This document shows, piece by piece, positions 18,783-28,259 of a DNA stretch of 64,000 nt. The stretch covers positions 10,802 through 74,801 of the forward strand of contig DASQIW010000148.1 in assembly GCA_035631375.1 (NCBI GenBank), given 5' to 3'. The DNA comes from Streptosporangiaceae bacterium. Lineage in GTDB: Bacteria > Actinomycetota > Actinomycetes > Streptosporangiales > Streptosporangiaceae. The notes beneath the pieces were generated by a model. The model did not search any database. It saw only the letters and a list, made by a program, of their open reading frames with translations, and was not told the origin of the DNA. A program made the position numbers and the translations under genes. Position 1 is the stretch's first letter. Each line of letters starts with the position of its first letter.

Positions 18783-18914
18783 GCGATCAATTACTCAGGC
18801 GTGAGAGTGGGTGCGTGGCCCCAGGCTGCCACGGAGGCAGGTATGACAGCTGTAATGGGCAGGTAATGACATGGCGTTTACCCGCGTGTCAGTCCCAGCC
18901 GGGAGACTAGGGGC

Positions 18915-19880
18915 ATGACGCAGACGAGTACGTCCGGTGTAACCCCCTCAACCGGGGCGGCGCCGCTGGCCGTGGAGCTAACCGGTGTGCACAAGCACTT
19001 CGGTACCGTGCACGCGGTCGACGGCGTGGACCTCCAGCTGGCCTCCGGTGAGATCGTCGCCATCCTCGGCCCGAACGGCGCCGGGAAGACCTCCACGATC
19101 GATATCATCCTCGGCCTCTCCCAGGCCAACGCTGGCCAGGTGAAGGTGTTCGGGATGGAACCGCGCCAGGCGATCAGTCGCGGGCTGGTCTCTGCGGTCA
19201 TGCAGACCGGCGGGCTGCTTCGCGATCTGACCGTCGCTGAGACGGTTGAGTACACCGCGAGCCTCTTCGCCCGCAGTCAGGACCTGGGCACCGTGCTGCG
19301 AACGGCAGGCATCAGCACCATCGCCGACCGCCGGGTGGGAAAGTGCTCGGGCGGCGAACAGCAGCGCCTCCGGTTCGCGCTCGCGTTGCTCTCCAACCCC
19401 GACCTGCTGATTCTCGACGAGCCCACGACCGGCATGGACGTCGAAGGTCGGCGCGGTTTTTGGGCCACCATCCGTAAGGACGCCGAGCAAGGCCGGACAG
19501 TGCTGTTCGCCACCCACTACCTGGAGGAGGCCGACGCCTACGCCGACCGGGTCATCCTGCTGCGGCACGGCAAGGTGGTGGCGGACGGCACGTCGGCGGA
19601 AATCAGGGCGATGGCCGCGGGCCGGACGGTGCGGGCCACGCTGCCCGGCGCCAGCGAGGCGCTGCTCGCGCAGGTGCCAGGCGCCGAGACGGTCGAGGTG
19701 CGCGGCGAGTCCGTGTTCGTGCACTCCAGCGACAGCGACGCCACCGCCCGGTATCTGCTGACTCAGACCGCCGCGAAGGACCTGGAGATCATCGCGCGCG
19801 GAATCGAAGACGCATTTCTCGCGCTGACCGGCGACAACGCCGCCGAGTCTGGCGCCGCTACCTCAGGAGCGACCCGATGA
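18915..19880 (+). CDS. ABC transporter ATP-binding protein
   Basis: Walker [11 protein letters not shown], signature CSGGEQQRL, Walker B LLILDEPT. Confidence 0.9.
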   Translation: MTQTSTSGVTPSTGAAPLAVELTGVHKHFGTVHAVDGVDLQLASGEIVAILGPNGAGKTSTIDIILGLSQANAGQVKVFGMEPRQAISRGLVSAVMQTGGLLRDLTVAETVEYTASLFARSQDLGTVLRTAGISTIADRRVGKCSGGEQQRLRFALALLSNPDLLILDEPTTGMDVEGRRGFWATIRKDAEQGRTVLFATHYLEEADAYADRVILLRHGKVVADGTSAEIRAMAAGRTVRATLPGASEALLAQVPGAETVEVRGESVFVHSSDSDATARYLLTQTAAKDLEIIARGIEDAFLALTGDNAAESGAATSGATR

Positions 19881-20674
19881 GCACCCCGACCATCGCCGCC
19901 GACGTAGCGGGCCGCCGCACACCTGCCCTGGGCGGCTTCAACCTCACCCTGCTCAAGATCGAGATCCGCAGGCTGACCCGTAACCGGCGCACGGTCGTCA
20001 TCGCGATCGTCATCCCGGTTGTGTTCTTCCTCGTGTTCGGACTGGGCCAGACCTACGACACCCAGCGCGTGGGGCATGGGAACGTAGCGGCCTTCGTCAT
20101 GATCAGCCTGGCGTTGTATGGAGCCGTGCTCGCGACGACATTCGGCGGGGCCCTTGTCTCCATCGAACGCGCCCAGGGCTGGAGTCGGCAGCTGCGGCTG
20201 ACCCCGCTGTCGCCGGTCGCCTACATCGTCATCAAGGTGCTGACGGCGCTGGTGCTCGGCGCCGTCTCGGTGGCCGGTGTGTACATTGCAGGCGCCGTCA
20301 CGGGCAAGGCATCAATGTCCGTGGGTCTGTGGATCGGCACAGGGTTCTCGGTATGGATCGGCTCGCTGCTGTTCGCCGCGTTCGGGCTGTTCCTCGGCTA
20401 CCTGCTGCCGGCCGAGAACGTCATGCAGCTCCTGGGGCTGATCCTGGGCCTGCTGTCGTTCGCAGGCGGGCTGTTCATCCCGATCAGCCAGTTCAGCCAC
20501 GAGGTCCAGGACGTGCTCAAGTGGACGCCGCTCTACGGGCTGAACCAGCTCGTGCACACTCCGCTGCTCGGAAACGGCGTGGACTGGACCTGGATTGTCA
20601 ACGTGCTGGCGTGGCTGATCATCTTCAGCTGGGGCGCCGTGTGGCGGTTCCGCAAGGACACCGCGCGGGTGTGA
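19877..20674 (+). CDS. ABC-2 type transporter permease
   Basis: 265 aa, 6 hydrophobic spans; ATGA overlap with the ATPase gene. Confidence 0.85.
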   Translation: MSTPTIAADVAGRRTPALGGFNLTLLKIEIRRLTRNRRTVVIAIVIPVVFFLVFGLGQTYDTQRVGHGNVAAFVMISLALYGAVLATTFGGALVSIERAQGWSRQLRLTPLSPVAYIVIKVLTALVLGAVSVAGVYIAGAVTGKASMSVGLWIGTGFSVWIGSLLFAAFGLFLGYLLPAENVMQLLGLILGLLSFAGGLFIPISQFSHEVQDVLKWTPLYGLNQLVHTPLLGNGVDWTWIVNVLAWLIIFSWGAVWRFRKDTARV

Positions 20675-20765
20675 TCGCCACCGCCGCGGCCCGGCTGACC
20701 TGACCAGCCCGCAGCGTGCCCGTTACCTCCATGGGTAGGATCGCGCTACGTTTGCCCCCCGGAGG

Positions 20766-21491
20766 ATGATCATGAAACTGGACAACGAGTTCACTGTCGG
20801 CGTGCCCATCGGAGAAGCGTGGGGGGTGCTGACCGACCTCGAGATGATCGCACCGTGCATGCCCGGAGCCCAGCTGACCGGCGTCAACGACGGCGTCTAC
20901 ACCGGCAAGGTGCGGATCAAGGTCGGCCCCGTGACCGCCGAATACGCCGGCACCGCGCGGTTCTCCGAGAAAGACGAGGAGACCTACCGGGCGGTGATCG
21001 ACGCGCGGGGGCGCGACGCGCGGGGGAACGGCAACGCGACTGCGGTGATTTCCGCGCAGCTGGTGGCCGAGGGCGAGAGCACGCGGGTCACTGTGTCGAC
21101 CGACCTGACTATCGCGGGCCGGATCGCCCAGTTCGGCAGCGGCATGATCAAGGAAGTGTCCGCCAAGCTGCTCGGCCAGTTCGTTGAATGCCTGGAGGGC
21201 AGGCTCGGCGGCAACGTCGCCGAGGCCCGCGGACAGTGGGCGGCGGCTCCATCTGCGCCTGTCACGGAGGAATCAGCCCCGGTTCCGGCCGCCGCGTCAG
21301 TGAGCCAGACCCAGGCGGTGCCGGCTCCGGCAGGCTCCGTTGCCGCGACGGCCGGGGTGGCCGCCGGTGGCCCGGAGCCCGCTGCGCTCGACCTGATGAG
21401 CGTGGCCGGCGGCGCGATCTACAAGCGACTCGTCCCCGTCGCGGCCGCGCTCATCGTGCTCGGCCTCGTGATCTACCTGATCGTCCGCTAA
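20766..21491 (+). CDS. SRPBCC/CoxG family protein with C-terminal membrane anchor
   Basis: ...FTVGVPIGEAWGVLTDLEMIAPCMPGAQL...GKVRIKVGPVTAEYAG... (CoxG pattern), Ala/Pro linker, terminal hydrophobic helix LVPVAAALIVLGLVIYLIV. Confidence 0.8.
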   Translation: MIMKLDNEFTVGVPIGEAWGVLTDLEMIAPCMPGAQLTGVNDGVYTGKVRIKVGPVTAEYAGTARFSEKDEETYRAVIDARGRDARGNGNATAVISAQLVAEGESTRVTVSTDLTIAGRIAQFGSGMIKEVSAKLLGQFVECLEGRLGGNVAEARGQWAAAPSAPVTEESAPVPAAASVSQTQAVPAPAGSVAATAGVAAGGPEPAALDLMSVAGGAIYKRLVPVAAALIVLGLVIYLIVR

Positions 21492-21504
21492 GGCTGAGGA
21501 AGCC

Positions 21505-22662
21505 CTACTGCAGGTGGGGGGTGCGTCCGGCGGTGAGCACCTCCGCCAGGTTGTAATGCACGGGCTCCTCCAGCTGGTCGAAGCCGCAGGACGCCGGGTC
21601 ACGGTCGGGCCGCCAGTGCACCCACTGCGCGGTGTGCCGGAATCGGGTGCCCTCCATGTGCTCGTACCGGACCTCGGCCACACGCTCGGGCCGCAGTGGG
21701 ACGAACGACAGGTCCTTGCCCGCATTCCACCGGCTGCCCTCCGCTTCGCGCGGATGGCGCGCGCGCGTCGGCTGCTGACCGGCTGCAGCTTCGGGCTCGG
21801 CTCCGGCGTCCACAGCAGAACCGCCGAGGCCCGGCGCCGGCTCGCCACCCCAGTTCCATGGGTGTCCCTCAAAGCTCGTCACGAGCGGCTGGACCTCGGT
21901 GAACAGCTGCCGCCGCACCGCCATAGGGAAGGCGCCGACTACCCCGACGCTGGCGAGCCGCCCGGCTGAGTCGTACAGCCCGAGCAGCAGTGAGCCGATC
22001 GCGTCCGGGCCGCTCTTGTGCACCCGGTACCCCGCCACCACACAGTCCGCGGTCCGCTCGTGTTTGATCTTGAACATGACCCGCTTATCCGGCTGATAGG
22101 TGCCGGCGAGCGGCTTGGCCACCACGCCGTCCAGGCCCGCGCCCTCGAACTGGCTGAACCAGCGCACGGCCGTGTCGCGGTCCCTGGTGGCAGGCGTCAC
22201 GTAGACCGGCGCCGCGACGTCGGCCAGCGCCTCCTCGAGCACCTTCCGCCGTCGCTCGAACGGCAGTCCTGTGTAGTCCTCGTCGCCGAGCGCGAGCAAA
22301 TCGAACGCCACGAACGAGGCTGGCGTCTGCCTGGCGAGCAGCCGCACCCGGCTGTCAGCTGGGTGAATGCGCTGCAGCAACGCTTCGAAGTCGAGCCGGC
22401 TGCCGTCCGCTGCCGGGATCACGATCTCGCCATCGACGACGCACCGCTCTGGCAGGCTGGCCAGCAGGGCATCGACAACCTCGGGGAAATACCTGGTCAT
22501 CGGCCGCTCGTTCCGGCTCCCGATCTCCACCTCAGCGCCGTCCCGGAAGACTACCGACCGGAAGCCGTCCCATTTGGGCTCGTAGCCGAGGGCACCCGCC
22601 GGGATGTCCTTGACGGATTTGGCCAGCATCGGGGCTACGGGCGGCATCACCGGGAGATCCAT
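21505..22662 (-). CDS. ligC: ATP-dependent DNA ligase (LigC-type, adenylation + OB domains)
   Basis: Motif I YEPKWDGFR. Start set at ATG 22662 (MDLPVMPPVAPMLAK...); the 113 upstream codons of the track ORF are not ligase-like. Confidence 0.85.
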   Translation of the reverse strand: MDLPVMPPVAPMLAKSVKDIPAGALGYEPKWDGFRSVVFRDGAEVEIGSRNERPMTRYFPEVVDALLASLPERCVVDGEIVIPAADGSRLDFEALLQRIHPADSRVRLLARQTPASFVAFDLLALGDEDYTGLPFERRRKVLEEALADVAAPVYVTPATRDRDTAVRWFSQFEGAGLDGVVAKPLAGTYQPDKRVMFKIKHERTADCVVAGYRVHKSGPDAIGSLLLGLYDSAGRLASVGVVGAFPMAVRRQLFTEVQPLVTSFEGHPWNWGGEPAPGLGGSAVDAGAEPEAAAGQQPTRARHPREAEGSRWNAGKDLSFVPLRPERVAEVRYEHMEGTRFRHTAQWVHWRPDRDPASCGFDQLEEPVHYNLAEVLTAGRTPHLQ

Positions 22663-22821
22663 CGGTCCATTCTGACGGATGCGACCGCATCGGACGGAAC
22701 GGGCGGCGATGATTTCCGCTGCCGCCGGCTGGCAGACGGCCCCGGTGGCTAGTGCGGGGTGTCTGGTGTCCTGGTATGAAGGCAAGAGGGCGTCTGCAGA
22801 TACCTGCGAGAGGAAGCCGTC

Positions 22822-24372
22822 ATGAAGGTGCCGCTCACCATCGGGGACTACCTCAGCCGCGCCGCGGCCGTCTACGGGCACCGGACCGCTGTCTTCGATG
22901 AGCCGGGAGCGGTCGGGGCGCTCGGCACCATGACCTACGGCGAGCTGGACAGCCGGGCGCGGGGCATGGCGCTGGCGCTCGACGCCATGGGCATCGACCA
23001 TGGCGAGCGGGTAGCACTAATCAGCCCGAACGCGGCCAAATTCCTCATCTCCTACTTCGGCGTCAGCGCGTACGGCCGGATCCTGGTGCCGGTGAACTAC
23101 CGGCTGAACGCGGAGGAGATCGGATACATCGTCGATCACTCCGGATCATCTGTCCTGCTGGTCGACCCGGAGTCAGAGGACAGCCTGCGTGGCGTCAGCG
23201 CTAAGCACAAGATCGTCCTGGACGGCACCGCCGACGCTGATCTGTTTGCCGCCGCGCCGGATGGCGCGCAGCCCGCCGCCTGGGCGGCCGACGAGGACGC
23301 GACGGCGAGCATTAACTACACCAGCGGCACGACTGCCCGGCCGAAGGGCGTGCAGTTGACGCACCGCAACCTCTGGCTGAACGCGGCGACCTTCGGCTGG
23401 CATACGACGGTCACCGACCGGGACGTGTTCATGCACACGCTGCCGATGTTCCACTGCAATGGCTGGGGCATGCCGTACGCCGTGACCGGCCTCGGCGTTT
23501 CGCAGGTCATCGTCCGCAAGATCGACGGCGAGGAGATCCTGCGCCGGATCGAGGCCCACGGTGTGACGCTGCTCTGCGGAGCCCCTGCCGTGGTCGCCGC
23601 GATCCTGACGGCAGCGACGGACCGGCGAGCCGAGGGCCGGGACGTACCAGGCGCTGGCACCACCCGGATCGTCGTGGCCGGGGCGCCGCCGCCCTCGAAG
23701 ACCATCGAGCGAGTCGAGGCGGAACTGGGCTGGGAGTTCATCCAGATCTATGGGCTGACCGAGACCGCGCCGCTGCTGACTATCAACCGCGCGCGGCCGG
23801 AATGGGATGACCTGCCCCCGGCCGAGCGCTCCCGGTTGCAGTCGCGGGCCGGCGTGCCGGCGGTCGGCGTCCAGATCGATATCGACCAGGAGGGTGAAGT
23901 CCTGGCGAGGTCGAACCACGTGTTCGAGGGCTACTGGGAGCAGCCCGAGGAGACGGCGAGGGCGCTGGCCGACGGGTGGTTCCACACCGGCGACGGGGGA
24001 CATGTGGAGGACGGCGATTACCTCGTGATCTCCGACCGCAAGAAGGATGTGATCATCTCTGGTGGCGAGAACATCAGCTCGATCGAGGTCGAGGACTGCC
24101 TGTACCAGCACCCGGAGGTCGCCGAGGCCGCCGTCATCGGCGTCCCGGACCCCAGATGGGGTGAGACAGTCAAGGCCCTGGTCGTGCTCCGGACAGCGGA
24201 CGGCACCACCGAGGCGGAGCTGATCGAGCACTGCCGGTCCCGGCTCGCGCACTTCAAATGCCCGACGTCGATCGAGATCCGGGACGCCCTCGCGCGTACC
24301 GCCACCGGCAAGCTGCAGAAGTTCCGGTTGCGCGAGCCGTACTGGACCGGGCTCGACCGCAAGGTCAACTAG
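22822..24372 (+). CDS. Acyl-CoA synthetase (AMP-forming, FadD-like)
   Basis: AMP-binding motif INYTSGTTARPKGV; ...YGLTETAP...; C-terminal ...TATGKLQKFRLRE. Confidence 0.9.
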   Translation: MKVPLTIGDYLSRAAAVYGHRTAVFDEPGAVGALGTMTYGELDSRARGMALALDAMGIDHGERVALISPNAAKFLISYFGVSAYGRILVPVNYRLNAEEIGYIVDHSGSSVLLVDPESEDSLRGVSAKHKIVLDGTADADLFAAAPDGAQPAAWAADEDATASINYTSGTTARPKGVQLTHRNLWLNAATFGWHTTVTDRDVFMHTLPMFHCNGWGMPYAVTGLGVSQVIVRKIDGEEILRRIEAHGVTLLCGAPAVVAAILTAATDRRAEGRDVPGAGTTRIVVAGAPPPSKTIERVEAELGWEFIQIYGLTETAPLLTINRARPEWDDLPPAERSRLQSRAGVPAVGVQIDIDQEGEVLARSNHVFEGYWEQPEETARALADGWFHTGDGGHVEDGDYLVISDRKKDVIISGGENISSIEVEDCLYQHPEVAEAAVIGVPDPRWGETVKALVVLRTADGTTEAELIEHCRSRLAHFKCPTSIEIRDALARTATGKLQKFRLREPYWTGLDRKVN

Positions 24373-24450
24373 GCCACACCGAGAAGAAGAAGAAAGTATA
24401 TAAATAGGGGAAAACGTAATTATCGGCGTGTTGTGGCTCCTGGCTGGACC

Positions 24451-25068
24451 TCAGGGTGCTGACGAGTCCGCTCCAGCCTCAGGCCCGGCGGTTGCGCGAG
24501 CCATGATCTCCCGCACGATGGGGGTCTTGGCGTCGGCGTAGTGCTGGACGTGCCGCCAGGTGCGCCCCGCCAGCTCGCGCTTGACCCGCAGGTAGGCGTC
24601 GCGGTCGTCGTCGTGGCTGCGGAGCCAGTCGCGGAACAAGATCATCCGGTCGATCTCGGCTGCCCCCGCGCTGAACACGTGCAGGTTGACGTCAGCCTCA
24701 GGGCCCTTGAACATCCGATGCTCGAACCAGCCTGGCTCGCGGTTATGCAGCACATAGCCCGCCGCCTTCAGGGCCGAGACGTACGCGGCCTCGTCCGATG
24801 AATCCGGCACGGCGAGGACGATGTCGATGATCGGCTTGGCGTCGAGGCCCGGCACCGAGGTCGAGCCGACGTGCTCGACGCGGATCGCTAGGCTGGCGAG
24901 GGCTGCACGGATGCGACTGGCCTCGCGGTCAAACGTCGCCGGCCACCGCGGGTCGTAGGGCACGAGTACGATCGGCGCGTCACCGAAGTCCACCGGGCCC
25001 ACGGTGGCCCGGCGGATGTCCTCCTCGCTCGTCTGCGGCACCTGGCGGGGCCCCCATTCGGCAGACAT
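24451..25068 (-). CDS. GrpB family protein
   Basis: ...LVPYDPRWPATFDREASRIRAAL...VEHVGSTSVPGLDAKPIIDI.... Start set at ATG 25068. Confidence 0.85.
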   Translation of the reverse strand: MSAEWGPRQVPQTSEEDIRRATVGPVDFGDAPIVLVPYDPRWPATFDREASRIRAALASLAIRVEHVGSTSVPGLDAKPIIDIVLAVPDSSDEAAYVSALKAAGYVLHNREPGWFEHRMFKGPEADVNLHVFSAGAAEIDRMILFRDWLRSHDDDRDAYLRVKRELAGRTWRHVQHYADAKTPIVREIMARATAGPEAGADSSAP

Positions 25069-25123
25069 GGGGATATCCTCCCCGGTGAGCCGATAGCACG
25101 CACTCAACCAGAAGGGCCCGCAC

Positions 25124-26581
25124 GTGGCGAGTTCGGCCAGTTCGGAAGCGCTGGGCGACGGCACCGCGCCGTCTTTGACCACGGTCGAGCGGCGCGGCAT
25201 CGAGCATGTGCCGCACGACGACCGGTGGGGCAAGCCAAGCGGGCTGTTCTGGATGTGGGCCGGCGCAGTCTGGAACGTGGAGTTCCTCTACTACGGCGCG
25301 ATCGCCGTGGTGTTTCTCGGCCTGTCGTTCGCGCAGGCCGTCGTGGTCACCCTCCTCGGCAACATCTCCTACGTGCTCACTGGGCTGGCCAGCGTGCAGG
25401 GCCCGCAGGCCGGAACCACCACCTTTACGATCAGCCGGGCTCCGTTCGGCCCGCGCGGCAACAAACTCCCGTCGCTCTTCAACTGGGTGACCCAGGTTGG
25501 CTTCGAGATCGAGGGCATCGCGTTCATTGTCTTCGCTGCGATAGTCCTGACGACGAAGGTCGGCTTCACGGCGGGCACCACAGCGAAGATCATCTTTATC
25601 ATCCTGGCGGTGGCCATCCAGGCGGTCCTGCCGACCCTGGGCCACACCGCCGTGCTGAAGGTGCTCCGCTGGCTGGCTATCCCGTTCATTGTGCTGTTCG
25701 CCGTGCTCGGCGGGCTCACCGCGACCAAGGCGAACCTGCACGTCGTGTCGCACGGCGCCGGCTGGGGTCAGCTGTTCGTGTTCCTTGCCCTGGTGATCGC
25801 GGCAGGGGGCCTCGGCTTCTCGGAGAACGCGAACGACTACTCCAGGTACCTGCCGCGCACGACGGACAGGAAGCGGATCGTCGTGGCGGTGACGCTAGGC
25901 GCGGCGATCCCTTCGGCGGCGCTGGAGATTCTCGGTGCCGCTGTCGGGACAGCGGTGCCGGCCGCGGCGGACTCGCCGACGGGCCTGGTCGCCGGATTCT
26001 CGACCTGGTTTGTCGTGCCGTTCCTGATCTTCGCGATCCTGCAGTTGTTCGCCATCAACACGCTGGACTTGTACTCCTCGGGCGTGACCCTGCAGAGCCT
26101 GTTCCCGCGTCTGACAAGACTGCACTGCGTTGCCATCGACACGCTGGTCTGCGCCGCGCTCGCAGGCTATGCGGTGTTCTCGAATAACTTCTTCGGGCTG
26201 CTGACCGGGTTCCTGCTGTACATAATCCTGTGGCTAGCCCCGTGGTGTGCGATCTATCTAGTCGACAGCTGGCTGCGGCGGGACCGGTACGACCACGACT
26301 CGCTGCTCAACGAGCGAAGCAGCAGCCGCTACTTCCGTAACGGCGGCGTGCACTGGCCGGCCGTTATCGCGCAGGTCGTTGGGGGGGTATGCGCCTACCT
26401 CTGGCTGAACGCCTCGAGCGGCGGGACGCTGGCCTCGATCGGCCCGCTGTCGAGCCGTACCAGCGGTTCGGATTTCAGCGTGTTCATCGGCCTGTTCGTC
26501 GCGGGCGCCGTCTACTACCTGCTCGCGCGCGGTGCCGTGCGCGCAGAGGGCGAGGCGACGCCGGTGCCCGCCGCACGCTAG
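25124..26581 (+). CDS. Purine-cytosine permease-like transporter (NCS1 family)
   Basis: 485 aa, 12 TM; ...ERRGIEHVPHDDRWGKPSGLFWMWAGA..... Confidence 0.85.
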   Translation: MASSASSEALGDGTAPSLTTVERRGIEHVPHDDRWGKPSGLFWMWAGAVWNVEFLYYGAIAVVFLGLSFAQAVVVTLLGNISYVLTGLASVQGPQAGTTTFTISRAPFGPRGNKLPSLFNWVTQVGFEIEGIAFIVFAAIVLTTKVGFTAGTTAKIIFIILAVAIQAVLPTLGHTAVLKVLRWLAIPFIVLFAVLGGLTATKANLHVVSHGAGWGQLFVFLALVIAAGGLGFSENANDYSRYLPRTTDRKRIVVAVTLGAAIPSAALEILGAAVGTAVPAAADSPTGLVAGFSTWFVVPFLIFAILQLFAINTLDLYSSGVTLQSLFPRLTRLHCVAIDTLVCAALAGYAVFSNNFFGLLTGFLLYIILWLAPWCAIYLVDSWLRRDRYDHDSLLNERSSSRYFRNGGVHWPAVIAQVVGGVCAYLWLNASSGGTLASIGPLSSRTSGSDFSVFIGLFVAGAVYYLLARGAVRAEGEATPVPAAR

Positions 26582-26613
26582 GCGGCAGAACCGCGAGAAC
26601 GTCCGCGCGCTGT

Positions 26614-26641
26614 GCCGCCGGCCAGCTGCTTCCTCGGCGGC
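26614..26641. terminator. GC-rich hairpin between convergent genes (GCCGCCG-N14-CGGCGGC)
   Basis: 7-bp perfect stem between the permease (+) and ASCH-like (-) gene ends. No clear U-tract. Confidence 0.3.
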
Positions 26642-26661
26642 GTCGATCTGGACGCCGGCTG

Positions 26662-27252
26662 CTAGTCGGGCTCGCTCGCCCTCGCCAGGTACGCGCGGCC
26701 GCGCGGGGACAACCGGTAGCCCACCTCGAGGCTGATGGTCAGACCGAGTGCTTTGAGATGCCGGACGTGCAGCTTATAGTCAGGCCGGTCCCAGTCGAGG
26801 TCCGCAGCCAGCACAGCAGACGACACCGCTGGCTGGGTGGCGATCTGCTCGAGAACATCGGTCGTCCACGGCCCGCGCTTGCTAGCCGCGTCCAGCCGCG
26901 CGAGCCGCTTGCGGATCGCCTCGACGTCCGCGTCCGTCAGGCCTGCGGAGCTGGCCAGCTCGTCGCGCGGGTCGGGACCGTCAAGGGGCCGGAACCGGAT
27001 CGAGTACAGCGGCTGTTCCGGGTCGCCGCGCAGGTCACCGACTGCGGACCGGACATCGGGGAACCCGGCCGCTCTGGCGAGCTCGGGCGTGATCTCGTCC
27101 GGCGTGATCACCTCGATGGACTCGGCGAGCACCCGGCCGGCGCCGGTGCGGTACTCATGGCCGGCGACGACCTGGACCCGACGCCAGCGCCGGAACGCCA
27201 CCGTGATGCTGCCGTCCCGGAGCCCGTGACGCAGCCGCGGCTCGAACTGCAT
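26662..27252 (-). CDS. Hypothetical protein, probable ASCH/PUA-like N-terminal domain
   Basis: 196 aa with coding-like bias. The N-terminal ~100 aa resemble ASCH-domain proteins (weak, by eye). Confidence 0.6.
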   Translation of the reverse strand: MQFEPRLRHGLRDGSITVAFRRWRRVQVVAGHEYRTGAGRVLAESIEVITPDEITPELARAAGFPDVRSAVGDLRGDPEQPLYSIRFRPLDGPDPRDELASSAGLTDADVEAIRKRLARLDAASKRGPWTTDVLEQIATQPAVSSAVLAADLDWDRPDYKLHVRHLKALGLTISLEVGYRLSPRGRAYLARASEPD

Positions 27253-27273
27253 CCTGCGACTGTACTGCCGTGG

Positions 27274-28155
27274 CTAGCCGCCTGCCCTCGGCTGGCGCAC
27301 AGCGCGGGTGATCATCGAGAGGTCGACGGGCCGCAACGGATCGGCTCGGTCCCACAGGTCGCCCGGCACGGCATCGCGCTGCCGCACGTGCTCGTGCACG
27401 GCAAAGCCGTGCTCGCTGAGCACCGTCTGCACCTCGTCTGGTGCCAGGAAGCTCCGCCACGGCTCGCCGCCCTCGGCCGCGGCCTGGCTGACCTGGCTCA
27501 CATAGTCGTCGGCGTTCTGGTCGCGCAGGCCGGCGGGCAGCATGTAATCCACGATGAGCTCGGTGCCCGGCGCGCAGGCTGACAGCGCGGCCAGCGTGGC
27601 GGAGATGGCGCCGACGTCCAGGTACATCGTGACGCCGAGACAGGCGATGACCGCCGGGACCATCGGGTCGAAACCCGCCGCCAGCAGCGCGGCCATCAGC
27701 GGGCCAACTCCGAGCTCGGCTGGTACGAATGCGACGTGCGGTGACACGGCGCTGCCCGTCGCGGCCAGCGCACGCCGCTTCCAGTTCTGGGTAGCCGGGT
27801 GGTCGACCTCGAAAACGCGGAGGTGCCTGCTGAGCGGGGAACGGACGGCGAAGCTATCGAGCCCGGCGCCGAGCAGTACATACTGGCGGACGCCGCGGTT
27901 CAGGGCCTTGGCGACCCGGTCCTCGGTGTAACGGCTGCGGCATATCACCTGGCCGCGAGCGGTGGCCAGCACGGGGTGGCCGCCGTGCTCGCGGTGGTAA
28001 CGGATGAGGTCGTCGGCGTAGTTGCCGAGCAGCGTCACGGCGGCCGTGTCCTGGAAAATGAACGGGGAGTGGTCGACGATCAGGTGGGCGGCGCGCGCGG
28101 CCGCCGCGAGCATAGCGGTATGACTGGGCATCGGCGAGGTATTCACAGCCGCCAA
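27274..28155 (-). CDS. SAM-dependent O-methyltransferase (leucine carboxyl methyltransferase-like)
   Basis: ...ARGQVICRSRYTEDRV...RQYVLLGAGLDSFAVR.... Start uncertain: TTG 28155, GTG 28146 or ATG 28131. Confidence 0.8.
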   Translation of the reverse strand: MAAVNTSPMPSHTAMLAAAARAAHLIVDHSPFIFQDTAAVTLLGNYADDLIRYHREHGGHPVLATARGQVICRSRYTEDRVAKALNRGVRQYVLLGAGLDSFAVRSPLSRHLRVFEVDHPATQNWKRRALAATGSAVSPHVAFVPAELGVGPLMAALLAAGFDPMVPAVIACLGVTMYLDVGAISATLAALSACAPGTELIVDYMLPAGLRDQNADDYVSQVSQAAAEGGEPWRSFLAPDEVQTVLSEHGFAVHEHVRQRDAVPGDLWDRADPLRPVDLSMITRAVRQPRAGG

Positions 28156-28259
28156 TGCTAATCACTCTATTTGGACATAATACCACAAAATAATTTCTTC
28201 GGGAAGGCCAGCCGAATCACGATGTCATTTCACTTCCGCCCGGCGCGTTCGAGGGAGCA

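Noticed and set aside
21505-23001. 498-aa version of the ligase ORF
   Set aside because: The first 113 codons overlap the divergent promoter and the acyl-CoA synthetase start, and they lack ligase similarity. The internal ATG at 22662 gives a normal LigC N-terminus.
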